From Candidatus Anstonellales archaeon (lineage in GTDB: Archaea > Micrarchaeota > Micrarchaeia > Anstonellales > J096): a stretch of DNA of 64,000 nucleotides. The stretch's first letter is position 1; every line of letters begins with the position of its first letter. The position numbers were made by a program, and so were the translations under genes. The DNA is taken from positions 227,836-291,835 of the forward strand of contig JAWAFI010000001.1 in NCBI GenBank assembly GCA_038890615.1. Reading direction: 5' to 3'. The notes under the pieces are model-generated. The model had not been told where the DNA came from, made no database searches, and worked only from the letters and a program-made list of their open reading frames with translations. Below, piece by piece: positions 46,376 to 55,221 of the stretch.

Positions 46376-46918
46376 ATGAGAAACAAAATGGCTTACTCCG
46401 CTATGAAAAGCAACTTTAGCACTGTCAGAGTGCCAAAAATCCCCTCCGAGCCATTAAATGATAGGGCAATGCTGCTTTTCCTAATAGATACTTGTTATCT
46501 TATAGAATTGTCAAAATCAAGCGTTGGTCTTTACAATTCATTGAAAAATCTTTCTAAGAAAGGAGAGGTAATAATAACAGAAGAAGTGGTGATGGAATTC
46601 CAAAGAAATGCTCAAACAAAGAAAGATGTTAGAAAAAACGATGTAGCAGAGTTGTATAGGGCAATAAACGACAGGATTGTCACAAAAGAAAGAATTTGGG
46701 TTTCCCAAGAGGAGCATGCTAACCTTTCAAACAGAATGAAAGAATGCTCTGAAAAACATAATGAGCGCTTAGGTCAAGCTGATGCTTCTATCATCGTTCT
46801 AGCTGATATCATGAAAGAACTTTATAGCAAGGTACTAATATTTAGCAAAGACAAGGACATAGAAACTCTTGCCCCTCCATCAACAGAGGTTGTTTTTTGC
46901 CATCCATCTTTCATATAA
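46376..46918 (+). CDS. PIN-domain nuclease
   Basis: Acidic residues at PIN positions: LFLIDTCYLI (D), VIITEEVV (E), GQADASIIVLA (D), IFSKDKDIE (D). AT-rich. Confidence 0.5.
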   Translation: MRNKMAYSAMKSNFSTVRVPKIPSEPLNDRAMLLFLIDTCYLIELSKSSVGLYNSLKNLSKKGEVIITEEVVMEFQRNAQTKKDVRKNDVAELYRAINDRIVTKERIWVSQEEHANLSNRMKECSEKHNERLGQADASIIVLADIMKELYSKVLIFSKDKDIETLAPPSTEVVFCHPSFI

Positions 46919-47035
46919 GCCATTACTCAGGAGCTAGTGAAACTAGTTAATAAAATAATTTGGTTGAACAATCTGCAATCTTTTTAATCTCTTCTTTATT
47001 AAACTCCTGAGTTAATAAATCCAATAGGTGAGAAA

Positions 47036-47500
47036 ATGGAGGTTATAGATGAGTTCAAGAAATTTGCCATGAGGGGGAATGTGCTTGACATGGCCATAGG
47101 TATTATATTAGGTATTGCCTTTGGCGCCATAATCAACTCGCTTGTGAACGATGTATTGATGCCTCCTCTCGGCCTTGTGCTTGGGAATGTTGATTTCGCA
47201 AACCTTTTCATTGTGCTGAAAGAAGGCACAGCACCAGGGCCTTATGCATCTGTAGCAGCAGCAAAGGAAGCAGGGGCAGTTACAATAAACTATGGGGTTT
47301 TCATAAACACCATAATCAACTTCATCCTTGTTGCATTTGCTATGTTCATGCTAATAAAGGCAGTGAACAGAATGCAGAGAAAGGAAGAGCAGAAGGCTCC
47401 TCCTGCACCAGCCCTTAAGGAGTGCCCGTACTGCATTTCGATGGTCTCGCTTAAGGCAACAAGGTGCCCGCAATGCACTTCTGAGCTTAAGAAGGCCTAA
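47036..47500 (+). CDS. mscL: Large-conductance mechanosensitive channel MscL with a C-terminal zinc ribbon
   Basis: FKKFAMRGNVLDMAIGIILGIAFGAII...GAVTINYGVFINTIINFIL is MscL. The C-terminal 35 aa contains CPYC...CPQC. Confidence 0.8.
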   Translation: MEVIDEFKKFAMRGNVLDMAIGIILGIAFGAIINSLVNDVLMPPLGLVLGNVDFANLFIVLKEGTAPGPYASVAAAKEAGAVTINYGVFINTIINFILVAFAMFMLIKAVNRMQRKEEQKAPPAPALKECPYCISMVSLKATRCPQCTSELKKA

Positions 47501-47513
47501 GCTCTAGCTTTTT

Positions 47514-47975
47514 TCACTTTTTGCTCGCAAGCGCAAAGGCTAATGCGCCCAAAGCAGCTAGCACTATGAGTCCTGATGAGCCAGGGCATATGCTCTCCGC
47601 CTCACCACATTTCATAGCTGCCTGCATAGCGCACCGGTCTGCTATTGAGTAGCACATCCTTGTACCCCCTTCCTGGCAATCGACCCTATCGTTTCCTGTT
47701 GATTCCTTATTTACGCAAGACTGCAGTTCAGAGATGCATAGGTCCAAGGCATGGCATTCGCCAGCTGCATACTTTGCAGCCATTATTGGGTATTTAGTGC
47801 TTACGCATGCAGTCCCTGCAGATCGCTTTGCGTTGTAGCAAGAGGGGTCCATCTTCCCTGATTCGTCAAATGGGCAGGAGCTGCAGGCCTGCACATAGGC
47901 ATCTTCTGCACAATCTGCAAACGCTATCTGGAAAAGAACCAATGTTGCTAAAATTATAAAGAAAGGCCTTGCCAT
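47514..47975 (-). CDS. Secreted Cys-rich protein with a C-terminal TM anchor
   Basis: Signal MARPFFIILATLVLFQIAFA, 16 Cys, and a C-terminal PGSSGLIVLAALGALAFALASKK. Confidence 0.4.
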   Translation of the reverse strand: MARPFFIILATLVLFQIAFADCAEDAYVQACSSCPFDESGKMDPSCYNAKRSAGTACVSTKYPIMAAKYAAGECHALDLCISELQSCVNKESTGNDRVDCQEGGTRMCYSIADRCAMQAAMKCGEAESICPGSSGLIVLAALGALAFALASKK

Positions 47976-48202
47976 GCTTATCTCTTTTTGGGTGGCATTA
48001 AAAAACTTGCTCTGGTTTTGCATAAAGCAGTGCTCTTACAAATAAAGTTTAGTGCAAAGATATAAACGTGGTGGAAACATAAACGACTTCAAAAAACAGA
48101 TGCGCCTGTTGATTTGGATAAGACGAGCGCTTTCAAGCACACGGGTTTGCTGGTAGATGAGAGTCTGGAAAGCGTGGGAAGGGGGTTGCCAATGTTGAGC
48201 TA

Positions 48203-48730
48203 ATGAATAAGGCAATAAAAAACAAGGACCAGAAAGCTTTCAAGGTTATAAATGAGGCCTTCGAAAGATTGATAGAACAAATGAAGGGAGAAAGCAATGG
48301 CATAGATTGGAGCAAAATCAAGGAATTGAGCAATGATGACTGCTACCTAATGTTTGGGTTTGGCCGTTTCTACAGCCTTATAGGCCCAATTGAAAAAGCC
48401 ATAAAATGCTTTCAGATGGGCTTAAGGGCACTGATCTAGAGTAATGGCAAAAAGAAGCCAGGGTATGACCCAAGCAACCTGTATGAAAATGTGGAGTTTG
48501 AAGGCATTAATACAGATGTCTTTAAGAGTGGCCTAAGAACAGATGAGTACAGAAACACTCTCCTAAATGTTTTTGTTGAAGCAGAGGGTTATGTTGGAAC
48601 TCCGGGAAGAAAGAACAGGCGAAGAGACTTTGGATTAGATGAAAGGAAAAAAGAGGTTGCAGTTGAGACAGCCAAGCAAGAATACCTAAGAGGGGATTTT
48701 CTGCTCAGAAAAAGGCTCCAGGACCTTTAG
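48203..48730 (+). pseudogene. TPR-like gene interrupted by an in-frame TAG (48437..48439), with a further frameshifted continuation downstream
   Basis: ORFs 48203..48439 and 48491..48730 are in the same frame, separated only by TAG. Downstream, 48733..48900 carries another start-less ORF in a different frame. AT-rich. Confidence 0.35.
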
Positions 48731-49026
48731 GAATGGGAAAGGGGGCACAATGCAAGTGATGAGCTTGGATTGGATAATCAGGATATTAAGGAAGAAGCAG
48801 AGAACCTTTTCTCTTTGATTAAGCTTGTATATAAGCTTGAGAAGTGGTTTGACGGGTTATATACGGGTTATATTACAGGAAAATGTTGTTGGACCTTATT
48901 ATGACCAACAAGCACCTTAGCAGTTTTATACCTCAAGATGACCTAATGTTTCTCAGAATGGGCACTATCCCAAGGATAAGGTAGGCGCATCGCAAGGCTT
49001 AAAAAGCCCTAGCTGCAATATTGGTA

Positions 49027-49142
<116 letters not shown>

Positions 49143-49147
49143 CTATA

Positions 49148-50203
49148 TTACTTTTTCTCAAAAAGGAGCAAGGTTTCCCTTGCTTTCTTCCTCTCCTTCC
49201 CAATGTGCACAACCCTTTCTGCATAAACTGCTTTCCTAAGCATAAGCCCGATGCTTTCGCTTGCCTCAACAATGCGCTTGTCTACTTCTATTACATTGCC
49301 AGCAATTACTGCGTTGCCCACCACGAGCGCGCATCTGCCCCCTCTTTTCAGAGAGGCCTCTATGCCATGCATCACCTTTTCCATATCACAAAAGTAATCA
49401 GAAACAGCATCAGTTCCTTCTGCCTTTAGGTATGAGCGTATCTTTGTAGAAGGCTCTGCACCAAGAAGGCCTGCCTCCAAGCTGTATACTCTTTGGTAGT
49501 CAATTGCATTTAAGTATGGTGGGGAGGTAAAAACCCAGTCAAACTCCTCTTGGAACCCAAGCATTCTTGCATCGCCCTCAACCACAGATGCCTTGCCTGT
49601 GCTTTTGCTTGCCCTTGCCTCTGCTATGAACCTTTTTGCCTTCCTCCTGAAAACATCCTTTGCAGGAAGGGCGCTCTTCCTTAAATCAGTGCGCAGGACC
49701 CCTCCGTCCTTCACAGCAAGGGAGCACTGCGAAACAGAGCTGAGAAGGGCAAGTAGAAGGATCTCTGCCCCGTCAAACCACTCTTTTGATATTTGCGCCC
49801 TTGCCCTAAGGAAGAAGCCCAAGTTCCTCTTTGGTATTGCTTTTTTTGGCTCCACTATTGCCTCCCATTTCCAGCAGAAGCCCATATCGCAGCAGCCAAC
49901 CCTTGGGATCAGCGCCTCTGCAGCAGAGAGCATATCGTCTGAATAGTTTTTTGTTTTTGCCTGGCCTATGAAAACAGCAAGCGGAAAGGCATCAATACCT
50001 AAAGCGGTTTGGCCATTGAGCTTGGCCCAAAGCGCTGTTGTTCCTGAGCCAGAGAATGGGTCTAATATTGAGCCTCTGGGCTTGAAAAGATCAAGCAGCT
50101 GAGGAGAAAAAGCCTCTTTGTAGTAGAACCAATTGTAGATAGGCAGCTTTTTTGCTCCTTCTGAAGTGAAAAGCTTAGCTATTTCCTTGTTCTTTTCCCA
50201 CAT
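49148..50203 (-). CDS. DNA methyltransferase, probably N4-cytosine/N6-adenine (motif I ... TRD ... motif IV order, alpha-like)
   Basis: DPFSGSGTTAL (FxGxG) then, about 190 aa later, FTSPPY (SPPY). No endonuclease partner is evident. An RNA m2G methyltransferase cannot be excluded. Confidence 0.5.
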   Translation of the reverse strand: MWEKNKEIAKLFTSEGAKKLPIYNWFYYKEAFSPQLLDLFKPRGSILDPFSGSGTTALWAKLNGQTALGIDAFPLAVFIGQAKTKNYSDDMLSAAEALIPRVGCCDMGFCWKWEAIVEPKKAIPKRNLGFFLRARAQISKEWFDGAEILLLALLSSVSQCSLAVKDGGVLRTDLRKSALPAKDVFRRKAKRFIAEARASKSTGKASVVEGDARMLGFQEEFDWVFTSPPYLNAIDYQRVYSLEAGLLGAEPSTKIRSYLKAEGTDAVSDYFCDMEKVMHGIEASLKRGGRCALVVGNAVIAGNVIEVDKRIVEASESIGLMLRKAVYAERVVHIGKERKKARETLLLFEKK

Positions 50204-50576
50204 CCAAGGCCTCCTTTGCAAGCATATCAGCCCTCCTGTTGCGCTCCCTGCTTATCCACTCAAAGCGCACTTCAGCCCCTGCGCAAAGCGAGAGTGCTTC
50301 CAAGTAAAGCTTCTTCAGCCTTGCCTCCTTTACTTTGTACTCCCCTTTGAGCTGTCGCACAACAAGCTGGCTGTCAGCCCTTATTACAACCTCCTTCTCC
50401 TTTAAGGCCCTTGCCCTCTTCAAAGCTTCAATGACAGCCAAATATTCTGCTTCGTTGTTTGTTCGCCTTCCTACATTCTTAGATATCTCTTCTATGATAT
50501 TCCCGCCTTTCCACAAGGCAACCCCTATGCCTGCTTCCCTTCCGTCGCTTGCACCATCAGTGTAAGCATAGAGCAT
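50175..50576 (-). CDS. rnhA: Ribonuclease HI
   Basis: MLYAYTDGAS...NNEAEYLAVIEAL...RADSQLVV...WISRERNRRADMLA carries the RNase H catalytic D/E/D/D pattern. Confidence 0.8.
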   Translation of the reverse strand: MLYAYTDGASDGREAGIGVALWKGGNIIEEISKNVGRRTNNEAEYLAVIEALKRARALKEKEVVIRADSQLVVRQLKGEYKVKEARLKKLYLEALSLCAGAEVRFEWISRERNRRADMLAKEALDVGKEQGNS

Positions 50577-50615
50577 ATAGATATTGTTTAAAAACAAATG
50601 CTATAAACCTATCTT

Positions 50616-51107
50616 ATGGTAGTAGTAAACAAAAGTATCAGGAGGATAAGGATTGAGATATCTATAGTCGCAGTAATAGTTGCCTTCACTATAGTGCTGC
50701 TGAACAATTTTGTCAAATTGCCTTTCCCTATATTTGCTGGCTCATTGGGAGCTGTAGCAGTATTGTGGGTTGCAGGCTGGTTCATCTCTGATTGGTACGC
50801 AAAAACCTTCATATTAGAGCTAAGGGAAGACGATGTAAGGTATACTAAGGGGGTTATTGCAAGGAAGCAGATAACGATACCTCTTGAAAAGATAATAAAC
50901 CTAAGGGTTGATGAAAGGGGGCTGCTTGACAGGATTCTAGGGGAATGCACAATATCCATAGACAGCGCAGGCACAAGCGAAGTAGAGATAGTAATAACAG
51001 AGGTGCTCAGGGAAAAAGCTGAGGAGTTCAACCAAGAGCTAATGCTTAAGATGAAGAACATTGGAAAGGAGATGAAAAAGAAGGGAAAAAAGGTTGATGA
51101 GGCATAG
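50616..51107 (+). CDS. Membrane protein with a bacterial-type PH domain (bPH_2/YdbS-like)
   Basis: Two N-terminal TM helices then DDVRYTKGVIARKQITIPLEKIINLRVDERGLLDRILG. Confidence 0.6.
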   Translation: MVVVNKSIRRIRIEISIVAVIVAFTIVLLNNFVKLPFPIFAGSLGAVAVLWVAGWFISDWYAKTFILELREDDVRYTKGVIARKQITIPLEKIINLRVDERGLLDRILGECTISIDSAGTSEVEIVITEVLREKAEEFNQELMLKMKNIGKEMKKKGKKVDEA

Positions 51108-51537
51108 GATTGAAGGAAATAAGGTAAAAAAGCTTGAGAGGTTAGGGGCAGGCATAAAAGAGGGGGAAGCTATTGTGCTCCATCCTGTTGAGGCATGCTA
51201 CTTTGCAAGAGAAATAGGCATAAGCAAGGAGGAAGCCCTTGAGGAGGTAAAAAGGCTTGGGCTGATTGATGTGCTTAGGGTCTACGAGGACTTAAGGGCA
51301 AAAGGCTATGTGCTCATGTTCCTTGGGGATGACATAAGGGTCCTTAGGAAAGGGTTCAGGAGAGGAGAGGACAGGTCATACGCAATAATCAGGGTTGTGA
51401 AGCCACAAGAAGAGACCTCATGGGAAGAGGTAAGCAAGTTTGTTGCATATGCAGCAGGGCTAAGGAAAAGCGCAGTGCTTGCTATTGTTGGGGATAAGAT
51501 TCATTATATAGGGCTTGGCACAATAAGGTTTGATTAA
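51094..51537 (+). CDS. endA: tRNA-splicing endonuclease (short catalytic subunit)
   Basis: RVYEDLRAKGYVLMFLGDDIRVLRKG...SYAIIRVV matches the EndA catalytic domain. Confidence 0.7.
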   Translation: MMRHRIEGNKVKKLERLGAGIKEGEAIVLHPVEACYFAREIGISKEEALEEVKRLGLIDVLRVYEDLRAKGYVLMFLGDDIRVLRKGFRRGEDRSYAIIRVVKPQEETSWEEVSKFVAYAAGLRKSAVLAIVGDKIHYIGLGTIRFD

Positions 51538-51580
51538 AAATAACCGAAAAGAATTTTAAAGAAAGGGAAGAAATCATTCC

Positions 51581-52483
51581 ATGGCATCTAAAAGATTAGG
51601 CAAAGATGAGCAGAAAGAAAAGCATCTTGATGAAGACGAATTCCCACTTTCTGGCCTGTTGGAAGAAAGCCACTTAAATAAGGAGCAGTTGGCTGAAAAG
51701 ATAATAAGCATGATAAAGAATAAAGAGTTCAAAGAAGTGAAGCTCCTTTCCAGGAAGGTTGCTGAGATCTCACATATAGAAGGCACATCAGCTCAGGCTG
51801 CAAGGGTTTTCAGGGAGCTTCTCAACAACATGAGCAGCACAGAAACAAGGGTTTTTGCAGTGAATGGCCTTACACGGCTCATTGAGCTTGGCTCAAAGGA
51901 TGCGGTTAAGGCAATAGTAGACGCCCTTACTGACCCTATCCAAGGGACAAGGGAGGCAGCAGCGCTTTCTATCTCTAAGACATCTGCCCAGTGGTTCACC
52001 TTGGCTCCTGAATCAATGGTAATTCTTAGGGCTTCACTAAGCGACGAAAGCGTTTATGTAAAAGAGAAGATTGTGCTTGCACTTGCCAACTTAGGAGTAA
52101 ACGGGAACCTTGAAGCAATAGGCATTCTTGCTGAGGGCCTCATCAGCAAGGACGCAGAAGCAAGGATCCTTTCAGCTAGGGCAATGGCTTATATATCTTG
52201 CAATGTGCTTCTGCCCCAAAACGCAATAGAAGCCGTTTCCTCCCTCATAGATGACCCCATCTATGAAATAAGAAAGGAGGCACTAACAGCAATTGGTAAT
52301 GCTGCAGAAAGGGGGGCTGACATAAAAACCATCATTGCAAGCAAAATCAAGGAAATGGCAATTTCAGAAGGCAAAAATGACGAGCTTCAAAAGATTGCCC
52401 AGGAAGCCCACAGGAAAATCTGCGCTTCTCTTGCCAACAAGGATGAAAGGGAGTTGGCCAAATATATTGCAGATACAGATTAG
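51581..52483 (+). CDS. HEAT/PBS-lyase-like repeat protein
   Basis: Repeated ...AV.AL..L.D..VR..A..AL... units. Confidence 0.45.
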   Translation: MASKRLGKDEQKEKHLDEDEFPLSGLLEESHLNKEQLAEKIISMIKNKEFKEVKLLSRKVAEISHIEGTSAQAARVFRELLNNMSSTETRVFAVNGLTRLIELGSKDAVKAIVDALTDPIQGTREAAALSISKTSAQWFTLAPESMVILRASLSDESVYVKEKIVLALANLGVNGNLEAIGILAEGLISKDAEARILSARAMAYISCNVLLPQNAIEAVSSLIDDPIYEIRKEALTAIGNAAERGADIKTIIASKIKEMAISEGKNDELQKIAQEAHRKICASLANKDERELAKYIADTD

Positions 52484-53172
52484 AGCTTGTCAAGCATCTG
52501 CTTTATTTGGGAAAGGTCCTCATTAGTCACAACTATTGGGACATTGTCTTTCTCAGCGAGCTTTATTGCTAGCTTGTCTACCTCTTCTGCTTTAATGCCA
52601 TGGAGCACCACTAATGATGGCTTTGTCATGCTTACGCGAACTACGACCATGGGGCTCCTGCCTGTTGAAACAGAGGTGAATATCAGCGCCCTTTCTGGGA
52701 TGATCCCATAAAGGGATGGGAGCTTGGAAGGAGGTATCTCCATTATTGTGCGTATGCTGTTTATCAAAGTGTAGCCATATATCCTCCTCTGCTCAGCTAT
52801 CTCTTTCCCTGAAACGAAAGAGCCTTTTATCATCTCAACAAAAGAGACCACATCTATGGGCTTTGCAAATTCGTGTGGCTCGAAGTAATCGGTGGGCTCA
52901 TCTGTGTCAAGAAGCTTGTTTAGCGTTTCCCCTCCTTTTATCTTGTCAATTGCGAAAAGGGTCTCAACAAACCTCTTTATCACTTTTGTGCCAGGGCTTT
53001 TCCGCCTTCCGCTCTCGTAGTCGCTTATTGTAGAGACAGAGATCTTGAGCTGCTTTGCAAGGTCCAGCTGGGTTATGTTGAATATCTCCCTCCATTTTTT
53101 CATAGTTGCTCCTGGCTCGTTTGAAAGAGCAATCTCGCCTGCAATGCTAAGCTTAAGCCTCTCAACGCTCAT
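52480..53172 (-). CDS. XRE-type HTH transcriptional regulator with a C-terminal domain
   Basis: MKKWREIFNITQLDLAKQLKISVSTISDYESGRR helix-turn-helix. Confidence 0.55.
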   Translation of the reverse strand: MSVERLKLSIAGEIALSNEPGATMKKWREIFNITQLDLAKQLKISVSTISDYESGRRKSPGTKVIKRFVETLFAIDKIKGGETLNKLLDTDEPTDYFEPHEFAKPIDVVSFVEMIKGSFVSGKEIAEQRRIYGYTLINSIRTIMEIPPSKLPSLYGIIPERALIFTSVSTGRSPMVVVRVSMTKPSLVVLHGIKAEEVDKLAIKLAEKDNVPIVVTNEDLSQIKQMLDKL

Positions 53173-54463
53173 AATCCCTTATCACCGCTGTATTGTTATT
53201 AATCTTTTCTGTGCGGAAGGAGAAAACCTCATTGTCAGCCATTAGTTTTAGGCGGTTGCCATCATAATAAGCAACTATCTTGAAGTCTGCCTTGCTTGCT
53301 TCAGGAACAAGTGCTGCTGTTTTCTCTGATTCAAAGATGAAGCCGCACCCTTCCTCGAGCGATGCAAGACCTGGAAGGAGGGAAATGAACTGGTAGTGGG
53401 GCTTCCTGTCAACCATAAAGAACTGGGGCCTTGACTTGCTAAGGTAGGGTCTTAGGGTGTTTTCAAGCCCCCCTGAAAGGCGGACATAAACAGAGGAAAT
53501 GTCAAGCGCTTTCATCGCCCCGTCCTTTATCTGCTTGACCCCTCCATTAAGGGTTAGGTATGAGCACCACTTCCGCACAAGGCCTGCTGCCTTCCTCAAC
53601 TCAATTGCCTTTTCCCGCCCCTCAAGAACTTTTAGCTTAGTGAGCTGGTAAAGAGGGTTTGTTGAATAGAAGGGGGAAAGGAAGGTCTTTGAGAAATCTG
53701 CCTTGAACATTGTTGCCCTGTTCTTGAACTCTGCTTCTGAGAGTATAAAAGCAAGGAAATCGTTTGCGCTCCACCCTGCCTTTTTGCCATAAGCCTCTGC
53801 AAGCGAGATTACATCAACTGCATAGGATGAGCTTGCTGAAACCTCCTGCTCCCTCTCTTCCATTATCTTGCCTTCCTCCCATGGCTCGTCAAACACTGCA
53901 AGGAAAGAGGTATTTATTATCGTAGGGTAGTAGGGTGTGGAAAAGCCGGCAATGAAATTCTTCGCCTCTGGATATATCAGAGAAAGATAGTTTTCAGGAG
54001 GCAACTCCTCAGAGTAGAGGAACCTCCAGCCCTTTTCCATAATGTACCATTCTACCTTGAATGATCCCTTATCCATGCTTGCAAAAGCAATGCTTGAGGC
54101 AGGTATTTCGCTGAACTGCTCGGCTTCACTTGGGCTTACTGGTTGATTTAGCGGCTTTGAGGCAGTGCCGCCATGCCTATCCACCTTATCTATGCTTACC
54201 TTTTGCTTTGAAGGCAGATAATAGAATGCCTTTCCTGCCTTGTATGTGCCCCTTGTCTTTTCAATGATATCCTCAAGCACCATTCGGGCCAAAAAGAACT
54301 CATCAGTGCCTCCTATTATGCTTTCAAGGCATGACTGCTTTTCAGGGGCCTCTATCGATGCAACCAGCTCTTCTATCTTCAGGCCTCTCTCAAGCGCCTC
54401 TGCCCTTGCGTTAGTGCCAAAGACAGCATTTATCTGCTCTATTGCAGCGCTCGCCCTCATCAT
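53162..54463 (-). CDS. Hypothetical protein (433 aa), operon partner of the HTH regulator
   Basis: Overlaps the upstream and downstream genes by 4 and 11 nt. Confidence 0.3.
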   Translation of the reverse strand: MMRASAAIEQINAVFGTNARAEALERGLKIEELVASIEAPEKQSCLESIIGGTDEFFLARMVLEDIIEKTRGTYKAGKAFYYLPSKQKVSIDKVDRHGGTASKPLNQPVSPSEAEQFSEIPASSIAFASMDKGSFKVEWYIMEKGWRFLYSEELPPENYLSLIYPEAKNFIAGFSTPYYPTIINTSFLAVFDEPWEEGKIMEEREQEVSASSSYAVDVISLAEAYGKKAGWSANDFLAFILSEAEFKNRATMFKADFSKTFLSPFYSTNPLYQLTKLKVLEGREKAIELRKAAGLVRKWCSYLTLNGGVKQIKDGAMKALDISSVYVRLSGGLENTLRPYLSKSRPQFFMVDRKPHYQFISLLPGLASLEEGCGFIFESEKTAALVPEASKADFKIVAYYDGNRLKLMADNEVFSFRTEKINNNTAVIRDYER

Positions 54464-55221
54464 TTCCCACCTATCCTGCTAAGAAGCGCTGCCCCTAGCA
54501 AGAGCGAAGAAAATCCCCGTAGGTCGCTTATGAAAGAGAAGAAAGACGGCGCCTGCCTCTTGAAAATATCCAAAAGGAGGAAAAGAGAGACCTTTTTCTC
54601 CATAAGCTTCTTTAGCACCTTCTCAACCATCTGTGCATTCTTTTTTGTCCACCCTCCATTTCTTATTATTGTTGGAGCAGTAAAGCGAAGGAAAGCAGAG
54701 CGCACTATGTATGGCTGTGCCCTAAGTTCCTTTACTATCCCTTCAAAGCCATCTATTGACTCAAGCGACATGAGCTGCTTGTCTATCTCTGCCTTGTTTA
54801 TTGTTGAAGCCTCCCTTATGAATTGCTCAACTGCTGCTTCCCTCTTGTATCCTGCCTTTGAAAGTATCTCCTGCGCTATTGCTTTGTTCCTTACTATTGT
54901 CTTCACCGGCTCCTTGACCTCTTTCCATTTTATTGAAGTAGGCAGCTCTCCCTCTGCCTCTTTTGGGTCATTCTTGGAAAGCGCTTTCTCTACCCTCTCA
55001 ATGTCCTCCTTCGATTGCTGCCTATCTATGAATGAGAGGAGAGAAACAAGGGAGGAGTTTGTATCGTGGTACTTGCGCAGCTCTTCAAGCCTTTTCTGCA
55101 CCTCCTTGTCCTTCTCTGATTTCTCAAGAAGGATTATCTGTTGCCTAATCTCCTCTGCGTCAAGTATGTTGAAAGCTTGGAAAGCTGCTTCCTTTTTCTT
55201 AACGACGCTTTCTTGAGCCAT
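54460..55221 (-). CDS. Hypothetical coiled-coil protein with a C-terminal TM anchor
   Basis: Charged helical N-terminal two-thirds, then C-terminal LLLGAALLSRIGGK. Confidence 0.3.
   Translation of the reverse strand: MAQESVVKKKEAAFQAFNILDAEEIRQQIILLEKSEKDKEVQKRLEELRKYHDTNSSLVSLLSFIDRQQSKEDIERVEKALSKNDPKEAEGELPTSIKWKEVKEPVKTIVRNKAIAQEILSKAGYKREAAVEQFIREASTINKAEIDKQLMSLESIDGFEGIVKELRAQPYIVRSAFLRFTAPTIIRNGGWTKKNAQMVEKVLKKLMEKKVSLFLLLDIFKRQAPSFFSFISDLRGFSSLLLGAALLSRIGGK

Noticed and set aside
48437-48439. In-frame TAG as a recoded or pyrrolysine codon
   Set aside because: TAG serves as a normal stop elsewhere in the window (for example Nop10), no pyl genes are present here, and a second frameshift follows downstream. 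Pseudogenisation is more parsimonious.
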